33,141 nt of DNA from a bacterium (GTDB taxonomy: Bacteria; Patescibacteriota; Microgenomatia; UBA1400; UBA12108). Below, in pieces: positions 9,028 through 18,140 of this stretch. The notes below the pieces were generated by a model. It saw only the letters and a list, made by a program, of their open reading frames with translations, was not told the origin of the DNA and did not search any database. Location of the stretch: contig JAJYKS010000007.1 of assembly GCA_021788365.1 (NCBI GenBank), forward strand, positions 1-33,141, in the 5' to 3' direction. How positions within the stretch are numbered: the stretch's first letter is position 1; each line of letters starts with the position of its first letter. The position numbers were made by a program, and so were the translations under genes.

Positions 9028-11676
9028 TTAAACAACAAAGTTCACGAGCCGGCCTGCCACAAAAATAACCTTCTTTGGCGCGCCTGTTACCCACTTTGCG
9101 ACCGACTGGTCCGCGAGCGCGAGTTTCGTGACCGCGTGCTCATCGCTTGCCACACTTTGTGCAACCCGCAGCGTCCCACGCAATTTCCCATTCACTTGGA
9201 TGGCGATGGTAACTGGTACATCCTGAGCGAGCGCTAGCGAGTCGAAGGACGGCCACGGCGCCTCGTCCACGCGGTCAGTTGCATACCAGGTCTGTGGGCT
9301 CCCTTCAAACCTGGTATGCAACTGTGTCCAAATCTTTTGTGCCGTTTGTGGTGCAAACGGACACAATAATTGCGCAAACTTTCGTACGTCATCCGCCGAA
9401 AGTACCAGACTTTCTGCCTTCCATGCATTCACAAATTCCATCATGCCGGCGATGGCCGTGTTAAATCGTTGTTCAAGAATGCTTTTTTCTATACGCTCAC
9501 CCAACTTCGATAGCTGTACCGCAAGAACGGGAGAGGTCTGTTCTCCCACTTTTTTCTCGCTCACATCTTTCACTTTTTCCAGAAACCGCACCTGTCCCGC
9601 AATAGCACCACTGTCCCACGCGATGGCCTGGTCCCACGGACCCATGAACATCTCGTAGAGGCGTGTCGCGTCCGAGCCGTACTTCGCGACCATGTCGTCA
9701 GGGTTGATAACATTGCCCCAGCTCTTACTCATCTTTCGCCCGTCTTCGGCGAGCACCATGCCAACAGATCGCAACCGCAAAAATGGCTCCGGAAAATCGA
9801 CAAGGCCCAGGTCTTGGAATACTTTCACCCAGAACCGAGCATACAAAAGATGAAGGACCGCGTGCTCTGCACCACCAAGATACCAATCGGCAGGCAGCCA
9901 CGCATCGATAGCCGGTTTAGCTACCTCTTTCCAAAACTCCGTAAACGGCGTCGGCGATTTCTCCCTGTATTCATCCAATATTTGTCTTGTTGGTTTGTTT
10001 TGAGCATTTGAATTTTGGATTTGTTTGGAATTTGGTGCTTGGTTATTGGTGATTTCGCTTCGCCAAAAGGCGAAAGCAAGGAAATACCAACAGCTTCCTG
10101 CCCAGTTGGGCATAGTATCCGTCTCGCGCTTTGCAGGACCACCGCACACGGGACACGTCGTATTCACCCAAGTTGTAACGCGCGACAGCGGACTCTCCCC
10201 CGTGTCAGTCGGCTCGTAGCTCTCAAGGGTCGGCAGCGTGAGCGGCAAGTCTTTCTCGAACAGTGGCACTACCCCATTTTTGTCCCCACATTTGTCGCAG
10301 TACACGAGCGGGATCGGTTCTCCCCAGTATCGCTGCCGCGAGAATACCCAGTCGCGGAGATGATAGGTAACCTCGCGTCTCCCAATCTTTTGATCGACAA
10401 TCCACCGCACCATTTCCCCAATCAACTCCGGCGAAATCGCCTTCCCGGTAAAGGGGCCACTATCTCTCAAAGTTCCTTCATTCAGGTGGGCGTTGACCGG
10501 CATGTGTGGGTCGGTACGATCCACTACCTCGTTCATGGGTATCTTGTATTTGGTCGCAAACTCGTAGTCGCGTACGTCGTGCGCCGAACAACGAATGATA
10601 CCGGTACCAAAATCCATCATGGCAAAGTTGGCCACCCATATCGGCATCTCACGGTTGCTATTAAAGGGGTCCAAGGCGTATCGGCCGGTAAATACCCCCT
10701 TCTTCTCAAACTTATCCTCGACCCGCTGCTGATTGGTAATTGTCGCGGACTCCTCGACAAAGGCTCGAACATCTTTCTCATATTTCGTCCCCGCCGTTAG
10801 CCTCTTCACCAAAGGATGCTCCGGAGCGATCACGATAAAGGTATCGGCGAATAGCCACGCTGGGTACGCAGAAAAGGTATCGAGCAAAAGATCCATGTCT
10901 TTCACCTGGTGGTGAATAACCACCCCCTCCTTCTTTCCTATCCAATTCCGCTGCATCTCCAATATTCCCCGGGGCCAGTCAAGCGACTTTGTCGCCTGAC
11001 TGTCCTGAGCTTGCCGAAGGACAGTCAAGTTGCTCTTACCAAACCATTTCGATAGGTCCTCATCCAATCCCCCAAGTAGCCTGTCTGCATACTCCGTGAT
11101 CCTCATGACCCACTGTGGCAGATTTTTCTTGGTGACCGGCGTGCCGCACCGCTCATGGGTACCGTCGCCCATCACCTCTTCATTCGCCAGTCCCGTCTTA
11201 CATTTGGGGCACCAGTTAATAGCCACCTCTTCACGATATACGAGACCTTTCTCGTAGAGTTTGAGGAATAGCCACTGGGTGAGACCATAATAGGTAGGGT
11301 CAGTGGTCGCGAACTCGTGCTCCCAATCGAAGGATAAGGAGAGCGCTTGCATCTGCTTCTTAAAATTTGCGTAGTTATGGGGAACCATTTGTTGGGGGAT
11401 TTTCTTGAACTTTATGGCAGCATTCTCAGCCGGCAGCCCAAATGCGTCCCACCCCATCGGAGAAAGCACCGCAGGTGCTTTCGGAGCCCCTGAGCGAGCG
11501 GAGCGAGTCGAAGGGTGGGCACTTTTCGCCCGAAAATACCGGGCCATGACATCGCACGCGGTAAAGATGCGCACGTGTCCTACATGGAGCCCCTCCCCTG
11601 ACGGGTACGGGAACATGCCGAGTACGTAAGTCTTATCCTGAGCTTGCCGAAGGATTTTATTTTTTACCTGTTTCAT
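9028..11676 (-). CDS. leuS: Leucine--tRNA ligase
   Basis: MFPYPSG.GLHVGH (HIGH), GWDAFGLPAEN, RDWVFSRQRYWGEPIP, GGAEHAVLHLLYARF, KMSKS, QVNGKLRG. Confidence 0.98.
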   Translation of the reverse strand: MKQVKNKILRQAQDKTYVLGMFPYPSGEGLHVGHVRIFTACDVMARYFRAKSAHPSTRSARSGAPKAPAVLSPMGWDAFGLPAENAAIKFKKIPQQMVPHNYANFKKQMQALSLSFDWEHEFATTDPTYYGLTQWLFLKLYEKGLVYREEVAINWCPKCKTGLANEEVMGDGTHERCGTPVTKKNLPQWVMRITEYADRLLGGLDEDLSKWFGKSNLTVLRQAQDSQATKSLDWPRGILEMQRNWIGKKEGVVIHHQVKDMDLLLDTFSAYPAWLFADTFIVIAPEHPLVKRLTAGTKYEKDVRAFVEESATITNQQRVEDKFEKKGVFTGRYALDPFNSNREMPIWVANFAMMDFGTGIIRCSAHDVRDYEFATKYKIPMNEVVDRTDPHMPVNAHLNEGTLRDSGPFTGKAISPELIGEMVRWIVDQKIGRREVTYHLRDWVFSRQRYWGEPIPLVYCDKCGDKNGVVPLFEKDLPLTLPTLESYEPTDTGESPLSRVTTWVNTTCPVCGGPAKRETDTMPNWAGSCWYFLAFAFWRSEITNNQAPNSKQIQNSNAQNKPTRQILDEYREKSPTPFTEFWKEVAKPAIDAWLPADWYLGGAEHAVLHLLYARFWVKVFQDLGLVDFPEPFLRLRSVGMVLAEDGRKMSKSWGNVINPDDMVAKYGSDATRLYEMFMGPWDQAIAWDSGAIAGQVRFLEKVKDVSEKKVGEQTSPVLAVQLSKLGERIEKSILEQRFNTAIAGMMEFVNAWKAESLVLSADDVRKFAQLLCPFAPQTAQKIWTQLHTRFEGSPQTWYATDRVDEAPWPSFDSLALAQDVPVTIAIQVNGKLRGTLRVAQSVASDEHAVTKLALADQSVAKWVTGAPKKVIFVAGRLVNFVV

Positions 11677-11695
11677 GATTTTCCCATTTTATAAC

Positions 11696-11716
11696 AAAAA
11701 CTCCCCTTGCGGGGAG
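11696..11716 (-). terminator. Attenuator/intrinsic terminator upstream of leuS
   Basis: Minus strand CTCCCC-GCAA-GGGGAG followed by TTTTT. Confidence 0.8.
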
Positions 11717-11741
11717 CGACACACGTCAATCTCCCCTACAC

Positions 11742-11786
11742 CTAGGTGGTAAGAAGGAGAAGTGATAATCCGCGTGAGAACGTCAT
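11742..11786 (-). CDS. Leu-rich leader peptide MTFSRGLSLLLLTT
   Basis: 14-codon ORF with TTA and CTT CTC CTT CTT, lying between an extended -10 (TGCTATCAT) and the terminator preceding leuS. Confidence 0.8.
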   Translation of the reverse strand: MTFSRGLSLLLLTT

Positions 11787-11808
11787 ACAGAGATGATAGC
11801 AGATCGAA

Positions 11809-12087
11809 TCAAGGTTTTGCAGTAGCATCTTCGTCCACATCAGCGAGTCGAGCGGTTGCCCGTTGCAAACCATTCTCTGCCGACAAGTACCCGAGTCCAG
11901 CAAGGATTGTCAGCCCGACAAATAATCCACCGAGTCCACTCGGATTTTCGAGATTAGTAAGAGCTCCGATTCCCAAAGCTGTCCCTACCCACGGCAACAC
12001 CTTTGTCCAAAACCGCGCAGCCTTAATGTAGCCCCTGAGTTCTTCCCCCGACATTTCCTCCGGTTGCCAATGAATTTGATCTTTCAT
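11809..12087 (-). CDS. Small two-TM membrane protein
   Basis: Two hydrophobic segments; TGGTAGAAT -10 box ends 7 nt before the ATG. Confidence 0.75.
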   Translation of the reverse strand: MKDQIHWQPEEMSGEELRGYIKAARFWTKVLPWVGTALGIGALTNLENPSGLGGLFVGLTILAGLGYLSAENGLQRATARLADVDEDATAKP

Positions 12088-12211
12088 GCCACGTATTCTA
12101 CCACTACTTTAGTGTAAACTTGTAGATCAAAGTGATCTATCAGCTTTGATTGATCTGTCCAAGGTAAGCCCCCGTTGTACACGTCATACAATCTGCGGTA
12201 AGCTAGTACCA

Positions 12212-12946
12212 ATGCCCATACGCTTTCTCTCTCATACATTCCTGCTCGTGGTCGCCGTCGGCGGGGTGTACTTGTGGCTCTCTTCACCCCTCCTCTTCCC
12301 CTACACGCTTCAGCTGGTCGCGCTCCTCGTACTCCTCTATCTGGCTACCCACTGGCTGCGTGCCCACAAACCGAAACTCTTCCACAAAAACACGGTCACG
12401 ATGGATGTAACACTCCTTACAGCCATGATCCTGCTCCTCGTCTCCGAAACCGGAGCCCTCACCTCTCCCCTCTTCTTCCTCCTATATTTCCTCATGTTCG
12501 GCGTGGCCATGCTGTACGATATCGAGGCTACGCTAGTTTTGACCGGCGTGCTCATCCTTTACTTCCTCCTCTTGCCCACGACCAATCTTTCCGACCTCGC
12601 CCATCTCTCCGAGCTGCTCGCCCTCGTCATGGTTACCCCGCTCGCCATTTTGACCGGTCACATTTATGAAACAGATCTGGAGGACCGCCGCGCCCGCGCC
12701 CTGCTGTCCCAGCACATTTCCAGGGAAGAAACCGATACACTCATGTTCCTCTCGCTAAACCTCAAAGATACCCTGCTCTCCGCGCTCGACAATCTCTCTG
12801 TGGTGATCCCCCAAACAAAGATCCGTTCTTTGCATACCGACCTGGAAACGCTCTACCAAGACCTCAAAACCCTCTACCGCTCCGCGGATGAGCTACAACA
12901 GACACTAGATCACGATAGTGATTCCCAAAATAGCAGACCATCCTGA
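12212..12946 (+). CDS. Multi-TM membrane protein with C-terminal helical domain
   Basis: About 5-6 TM helices ('TGALTSPLFFLLYF' sensor-like) and a coiled C-terminus. Start at 12212 chosen from a -10-like TAAGCT 7 nt upstream. Confidence 0.8.
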   Translation: MPIRFLSHTFLLVVAVGGVYLWLSSPLLFPYTLQLVALLVLLYLATHWLRAHKPKLFHKNTVTMDVTLLTAMILLLVSETGALTSPLFFLLYFLMFGVAMLYDIEATLVLTGVLILYFLLLPTTNLSDLAHLSELLALVMVTPLAILTGHIYETDLEDRRARALLSQHISREETDTLMFLSLNLKDTLLSALDNLSVVIPQTKIRSLHTDLETLYQDLKTLYRSADELQQTLDHDSDSQNSRPS

Positions 12947-13012
12947 GCTTGTCGAAGGATGAGCTTGAGCAAACGCTAGACAAAAAATCATAAAAATCAC
13001 TATAATGGTGCC

Positions 13013-13837
13013 ATGAAGTCGGTGTTGCCATTCCTATTCAGAACGCCATCCACAAATAGCACCCCAACATCTCTCAACTCGTTTGCAAGCAAGATCACCC
13101 TCGTCACTATGCTCATCATTGGCATTTCCCTGTATGTACGCAGCTCGGTTGGCACCACACCGATGATCGCGGACATTAATGGTGTTGGTTGGCTGGTGGG
13201 TGCGCTTGCCACCATTTACACCTTCGTCGCTGCCTTCACAATTGTCGAGGTTTGGAGCCAATACAATAGCGCCAGCAGCCTCATCGCTCGCGAGGGAAAG
13301 GCGGTGACAGCTATCTGGAATTACGTCGATTATCTCGATGACAAGAACGTCGACAAAGCGATGAAAACAGCTCTCCTCATCTATCTTAAAAAAGCCGTAT
13401 CCGAGATGAGAGATGCCGCGAAAGGTATTCGTGCCATCCATCCCAGCCCAGAGCTAAAAACTATTCAACACGTAGTGGACGGAATAACGTTCAACGATCA
13501 CCGCGACGCTGCCGTATTTCCACCCCTCATGAATGCCTATGAAGAACTTTCAAGTATCCGAAGCGAGCGTATCGAAAGCAGCATCACGCGCCTCCCCGCA
13601 TTGCTCAAAAGTTTCGTCCTCCTCCTATCCACCATGCTCGTCATAGGTTTTGCTTTTCTCGGATTCGTAAATACGTGGTTCTACGCCATAGCCATCGGTT
13701 TTGTGAGTATTATCGTCGTTTATGTCTATACACTCATGAACGATCTGGATAATCCCTACGAAGGCATATGGAATGTCTCATTCGAGGCGTTTGAGCAAGC
13801 AGAAAAATATATCACCGGCACCAAGCACCAGTCGTAG
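13013..13837 (+). CDS. DUF4239/bestrophin-like membrane protein
   Basis: 'F..VEVWSQYN.A...ARE', 'R.ER', 'DLDNPYEGIWNVS.EAF' motifs; TM helices. Confidence 0.8.
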   Translation: MKSVLPFLFRTPSTNSTPTSLNSFASKITLVTMLIIGISLYVRSSVGTTPMIADINGVGWLVGALATIYTFVAAFTIVEVWSQYNSASSLIAREGKAVTAIWNYVDYLDDKNVDKAMKTALLIYLKKAVSEMRDAAKGIRAIHPSPELKTIQHVVDGITFNDHRDAAVFPPLMNAYEELSSIRSERIESSITRLPALLKSFVLLLSTMLVIGFAFLGFVNTWFYAIAIGFVSIIVVYVYTLMNDLDNPYEGIWNVSFEAFEQAEKYITGTKHQS

Positions 13838-13857
13838 CTGCCTGCTATACTGGATTC

Positions 13858-14622
13858 ATGCCCACAAAAACTAGGAGAGAGATTCTAGATCCTGGAAGAG
13901 AGAAGTTAGGGACCCTTCTTTTACCCGTCCTCCTAGTATCTAGCATCTACCTTCTAGCATCTCGTCCCGCCCACGCCCAGTCCATGCGCTCCTCCGATTA
14001 CACCATCCGTCTTGGCAACTTCAACATGACGAGCGGTCTCAAAAGCTCCACAAGCTACTCGCTGACCGACACGGTTGGTCAGATAGTGGCGGACTACTTC
14101 AGCAGTACCGGCTACCATGTTAAAGCAGGTTTTCAATACCTCTATACACTGTACCCGTTTAGCTTTTCGGTAAGCTCTCTAACCGCCGACCTAGGCGCCC
14201 TATCACCAGGGAGTTTTAGCACGGCAGCAACCACCCTCACCGTCACCGCGCCGGGACAGGGATACAGCGTCACTGCTATGGAAAGTAGCAAGCTCACGAG
14301 TGCAAATAGCAATACCATCCCCGACACCATCTGTGACACCAGCTGTACAACAACAACCGCAGGCGTCTGGAATAGTACCTCTGCCTACGGCTTCGGCTAC
14401 AACGTGAGTGGTTCTGATGTACCAGCCGACTTTGTGGGGAGTACATACTTCCGCCCATTCCCCGACATATCGCTCGGCGGTACCCCGGCAACGGTGATGA
14501 CAAGTACCGCGGCCGGCAAAAATCGCACAGCAACAGTCACTTACAAAGCCGCGATTAGCGGCACCCAAGCCGAAGGATCCTACAGTACGCAAATCGTCTA
14601 TATAGCGACACCGGTATACTAA
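13858..14622 (+). CDS. Secreted WxL-like surface/fibre subunit
   Basis: Signal peptide ending AHA; 'GYSVTA', 'W..TSAYGFGYN', terminal 'GSYSTQIVYIATPVY'. Confidence 0.85.
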   Translation: MPTKTRREILDPGREKLGTLLLPVLLVSSIYLLASRPAHAQSMRSSDYTIRLGNFNMTSGLKSSTSYSLTDTVGQIVADYFSSTGYHVKAGFQYLYTLYPFSFSVSSLTADLGALSPGSFSTAATTLTVTAPGQGYSVTAMESSKLTSANSNTIPDTICDTSCTTTTAGVWNSTSAYGFGYNVSGSDVPADFVGSTYFRPFPDISLGGTPATVMTSTAAGKNRTATVTYKAAISGTQAEGSYSTQIVYIATPVY

Positions 14623-14629
14623 AAAACAT

Positions 14630-15604
14630 ATGAAAAAAACACTAAACGCTGCAGTCATCACATGTCTCACACTACTTATTTCTCCCCTCGTTCCACGAGC
14701 TCACGCGCAGTCTATTGGGCTATCGATATCACCCCCGACGGTGGAAATTTTGCTCTCTCCGAACAAAAAGGTTATACAGACATTTCAACTCACAAACCAG
14801 GGAGAAAATACCGAAATAGTGCCAGAAATACACGCCGTTGTGCCAAGTGATTCTGCCGGTCACGTCGTGGTCGATCCCGCCCCCCTTTCGCCCACAAAAA
14901 TCCCGCTCATCATAAGTTGTGATCATACCTTAGGTACGCCGTTTTCAATTGCGGGTGGCGCGACAGTTCCCGTCACATTGAGTGTGGAGGGAGCAAGTAG
15001 CGACACTGTTACCGATACCTATTTTGCACTCGTACTCAAAGTGGTCCCATCCACACCGTCCCAAACACACACACTTTCTCCCACGCTTCCCGCCATCTCA
15101 ACCCTGGTATTTGTCACCCTGACGCAAACGGGTACCCTGCCCATAAATCTCGAAATTGGTAACTTCGACCCGCCCCTAGTCCAAGATTCGTGGGGAGTGC
15201 TCACCATCACACCCACCATTAAAAACACCGCACCGGTCATGATCCGCCCCAAAGGGACATACACCATCCTCTCTCCCCAGGGGAAAACGATCCTCTCGCT
15301 CCCCTTTTTCCCTAATCTGATATTAAAGACATCAGAACGGATCATTTTAGGTGAGAAAATGGCTGATGACGGCAAAACACCAGAGGCAATATCGCTCTCC
15401 TGGTCGCCACATTGGTACGACGTAGGCCCCTATCGGCTCCATCTAGCAGTCACAACCGAGGGTGGCACCAAAGTCACCGAAATCGAAAAAGTAGTCTGGC
15501 TCCTCCCTATACGAGCAACTATATTCACTGCACTGCTAGCACTATCAGCAATGACACTGCTTATATACTTCAAGAAGCGTCAAATATCTTCTACACATCC
15601 ATGA
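14630..15604 (+). CDS. DUF916/DUF3324-like two-Ig-domain protein with C-terminal TM
   Basis: Signal peptide; LSISPP..E..L.P; 'IKNT....IRPKG', 'GPYRLHL'; C-terminal TM followed by KKR. Confidence 0.85.
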   Translation: MKKTLNAAVITCLTLLISPLVPRAHAQSIGLSISPPTVEILLSPNKKVIQTFQLTNQGENTEIVPEIHAVVPSDSAGHVVVDPAPLSPTKIPLIISCDHTLGTPFSIAGGATVPVTLSVEGASSDTVTDTYFALVLKVVPSTPSQTHTLSPTLPAISTLVFVTLTQTGTLPINLEIGNFDPPLVQDSWGVLTITPTIKNTAPVMIRPKGTYTILSPQGKTILSLPFFPNLILKTSERIILGEKMADDGKTPEAISLSWSPHWYDVGPYRLHLAVTTEGGTKVTEIEKVVWLLPIRATIFTALLALSAMTLLIYFKKRQISSTHP

Positions 15605-15674
15605 CATAATTATCAAAACATAATACATAGTATTGTATTGACAGACTACTCGAAAGTTGGTTAAGTAAAGGTGT

Positions 15675-17105
15675 ATGTCTCAGAAAGCCCTGATAGCTAT
15701 CGGCGTCATTCTTGTCGCAACCGGAGTAGTTCTCTACAAACCAGGAAAACTGGATTCTGCGAACTTGACCAGCGTCAAAGATACACTCCAATCCTCCCGC
15801 CTCTCGGTCGCCGCCCGCGTGAACGCAACCGGCACTGCCGTGGGTGGTAGTAACGTACAGATTTACACTGTTGCTTCCTCCCCCTACTACACCATCAGTA
15901 CCGCCAATCTGAGGGCAGGTGATACTGTCACCATCGGCTCGCACGCCTACTCGGTTGTAGGTATCGTCGACTCTGCCAACTTCACTGTCTCCCCTGTCTT
16001 AATTACCGGCGACACTACCGACGGCACCGCCATATATCTAAAAGAGAAGCCCCAGCACGTCGTCACCTTTACGACTGCAACCGCCGTCCCCAACGGTTTC
16101 TTCCAAATCCTTCTCCCCAGTAACGCCACAACCGGCAACGACGGCAACCCAGATTTCAACGGCTACGATTTCAACACCACCGTGGACGTCGTAGGAACCA
16201 ACGCCACCAACTACACTTTTGTCACTGGGGTCGCGACCGCCTCCGGCGGAACAGGTTGCACTGCCCCAGCCAACTACCATTGTTTCGAGGTGCACTACTC
16301 CGGCTCGGGCGGCGTGAGCACCGCGATCACCATTAAGATCGGCAACACCAATGGCACCAACACTCCCATAGCCCCGGCGACAGGCAGCAGCCACACGGAG
16401 GGGACCGCCGACACCTATCCCTTCATCGTCAAAAACTTCGCAGCCAGCGCCAACCCCAACACCGCCACCCCGGTAGACCAAACTACGGGTAGGATCGCCC
16501 AAATAGAATCCGTCCGCGTGACCGCGACCGTCTCGCCGACCATCAGTTTTGCAATCGCCGGCCACGCCGCTTCCGGTACCGTCTGCGGCGTCACCCCCGA
16601 CATCGACACAACTACGGGTTCAAACGCTCCCCTCGCCGTCCCCTTTGGTACCATGACCTTAAACACCTTTAAAACCGCCGTGCAATCCCTTACCGTCTCC
16701 ACCAACGCCGCCTCGGGCTACGTGGTGACGGCCAGCGAGAACCAGCCGCTCGGGAAAAATGGCGCAACGAGCCCCACGATCGCCGACACTACCTGCGACG
16801 CTGGCACCTGCTCCCAGACTACGGCCGGCGAATGGGCAACCGCCACCCACAACGGCTTCGGCTATTCTCTCCAGAACACTTCGGCTACCACTATTGCCTT
16901 TCAATATAACGACTCCGCCGGCACATTCCACGCCAAGCAGTTCGCCGACATTTCCGCCGCCGAGACACCCCAGACACTCTTCAGTAGTACAACGGTCGCG
17001 AACGCCGAAGCCGCCTACGTCTGCTACCGTCTCTCCGTAGGCGCCACTCAGGCCGCCGGCGACTACGAGAACCAGATTACTTATACCGCAACCGGAACAT
17101 TTTAA
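15675..17105 (+). CDS. Large secreted protein with C-terminal WxL-like domain
   Basis: N-terminal hydrophobic segment; 'VRVTATVSPTISFAI', 'LTVSTNAASGYVVT', 'GFGYSL', terminal 'AGDYENQITYTATGTF'; TTGACA at 15638. Confidence 0.88.
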   Translation: MSQKALIAIGVILVATGVVLYKPGKLDSANLTSVKDTLQSSRLSVAARVNATGTAVGGSNVQIYTVASSPYYTISTANLRAGDTVTIGSHAYSVVGIVDSANFTVSPVLITGDTTDGTAIYLKEKPQHVVTFTTATAVPNGFFQILLPSNATTGNDGNPDFNGYDFNTTVDVVGTNATNYTFVTGVATASGGTGCTAPANYHCFEVHYSGSGGVSTAITIKIGNTNGTNTPIAPATGSSHTEGTADTYPFIVKNFAASANPNTATPVDQTTGRIAQIESVRVTATVSPTISFAIAGHAASGTVCGVTPDIDTTTGSNAPLAVPFGTMTLNTFKTAVQSLTVSTNAASGYVVTASENQPLGKNGATSPTIADTTCDAGTCSQTTAGEWATATHNGFGYSLQNTSATTIAFQYNDSAGTFHAKQFADISAAETPQTLFSSTTVANAEAAYVCYRLSVGATQAAGDYENQITYTATGTF

Positions 17106-17114
17106 AAGGAGTTT

Positions 17115-18125
17115 ATGCTTCGCCTGCCCCACCCAACCCAAGTTGCAATTCGACGTATAAGACATATAGGACTTATATGTCTTATAGGACTTATAACATC
17201 AGTGCTACCGCCGAAGGCGTTAGCAGCTGATGTATCGTTGGTCGTCTCCCCACCCCGCTTCGACGTCGCCGGCAATCCCGGCGAGACGATCCAAAAGATC
17301 ATCAAAGTCACAAACAATAGCGCCACCCAAACATTAAACCTCAAGGCATTTGTCAAAGATTTCATCGTCCAGGACGATATGGGCACCCCCGTCCCGGTGT
17401 CGGTCACCGCCTCCGGCCGCTACTTCGCTTCACCCTGGTTTACCCTCGACCGTAGCTCCCTCACCATCCCCCCCAAAAGTGAAGACCAGCTCATCGTACT
17501 CATCCAGGTACCTAGAGATGCCTTGCCCGGCGGCCACTACGCCGGGGTCTTCTTCCAGCCCGTACCTGAGGGAGGGCTCAAGACCACCGTTTCTTACACG
17601 GCCTCACAGGTAGGTTCCCTTTTTGGCATCACGGTCGCCGGCAACGTCAAATACAACGCCATCATTAAAGACTTCTCCGTCGGCAAAAACTTGTACGAAT
17701 TTGGGCCGGTCGACTTTCAGGCAACTATCGAAAACCAATCGGACACCCACATCAGCCCCAAAGCCGACGTCAAGGTTTACGACATGCTGGGGCGCCAACT
17801 CACCGATCTTTCCCTCGACTCCGTCAACATCTTCCCCTTTACCAGTCGCACGATTGCGGGTAGGTGGGAAACGGTCTGGGGGCTAGGCCGCTATACTGCT
17901 ACCTTGACCGCCGCCTACGGCCCAAATGGCGCCGTTGCCACCCGCACGATCCTATTCTGGATCCTTCCCTACAAACTCATGACCGCGCTCGGCGTAATTC
18001 TCCTGGTCCTCATCGCCGTCTTTATCCTGATCCGCCGTCACATCTTGCATCGCGAAGACAAGCGGGACGATGAGATCGACGAGCTGAAGCGCAAGATTGT
18101 AGAGCTAGAGAATAAGAACCGGTAA
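17115..18125 (+). CDS. DUF916/DUF3324-like protein with C-terminal TM
   Basis: LVVSPPRF..PGETI..IKVTN; 'IQVPRDALPGGHYAGVFF'; 'IENQSDTHISP'; 'GRYTATL'; TM plus charged tail; AAGGAG RBS. Confidence 0.88.
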   Translation: MLRLPHPTQVAIRRIRHIGLICLIGLITSVLPPKALAADVSLVVSPPRFDVAGNPGETIQKIIKVTNNSATQTLNLKAFVKDFIVQDDMGTPVPVSVTASGRYFASPWFTLDRSSLTIPPKSEDQLIVLIQVPRDALPGGHYAGVFFQPVPEGGLKTTVSYTASQVGSLFGITVAGNVKYNAIIKDFSVGKNLYEFGPVDFQATIENQSDTHISPKADVKVYDMLGRQLTDLSLDSVNIFPFTSRTIAGRWETVWGLGRYTATLTAAYGPNGAVATRTILFWILPYKLMTALGVILLVLIAVFILIRRHILHREDKRDDEIDELKRKIVELENKNR

Positions 18126-18140
18126 AGCTATACTGGTAGC

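Noticed and set aside
10015-10800. 261-aa + strand ORF and other ORFs antisense to leuS, comEC and comEA
   Set aside because: Antisense to clearly conserved genes.
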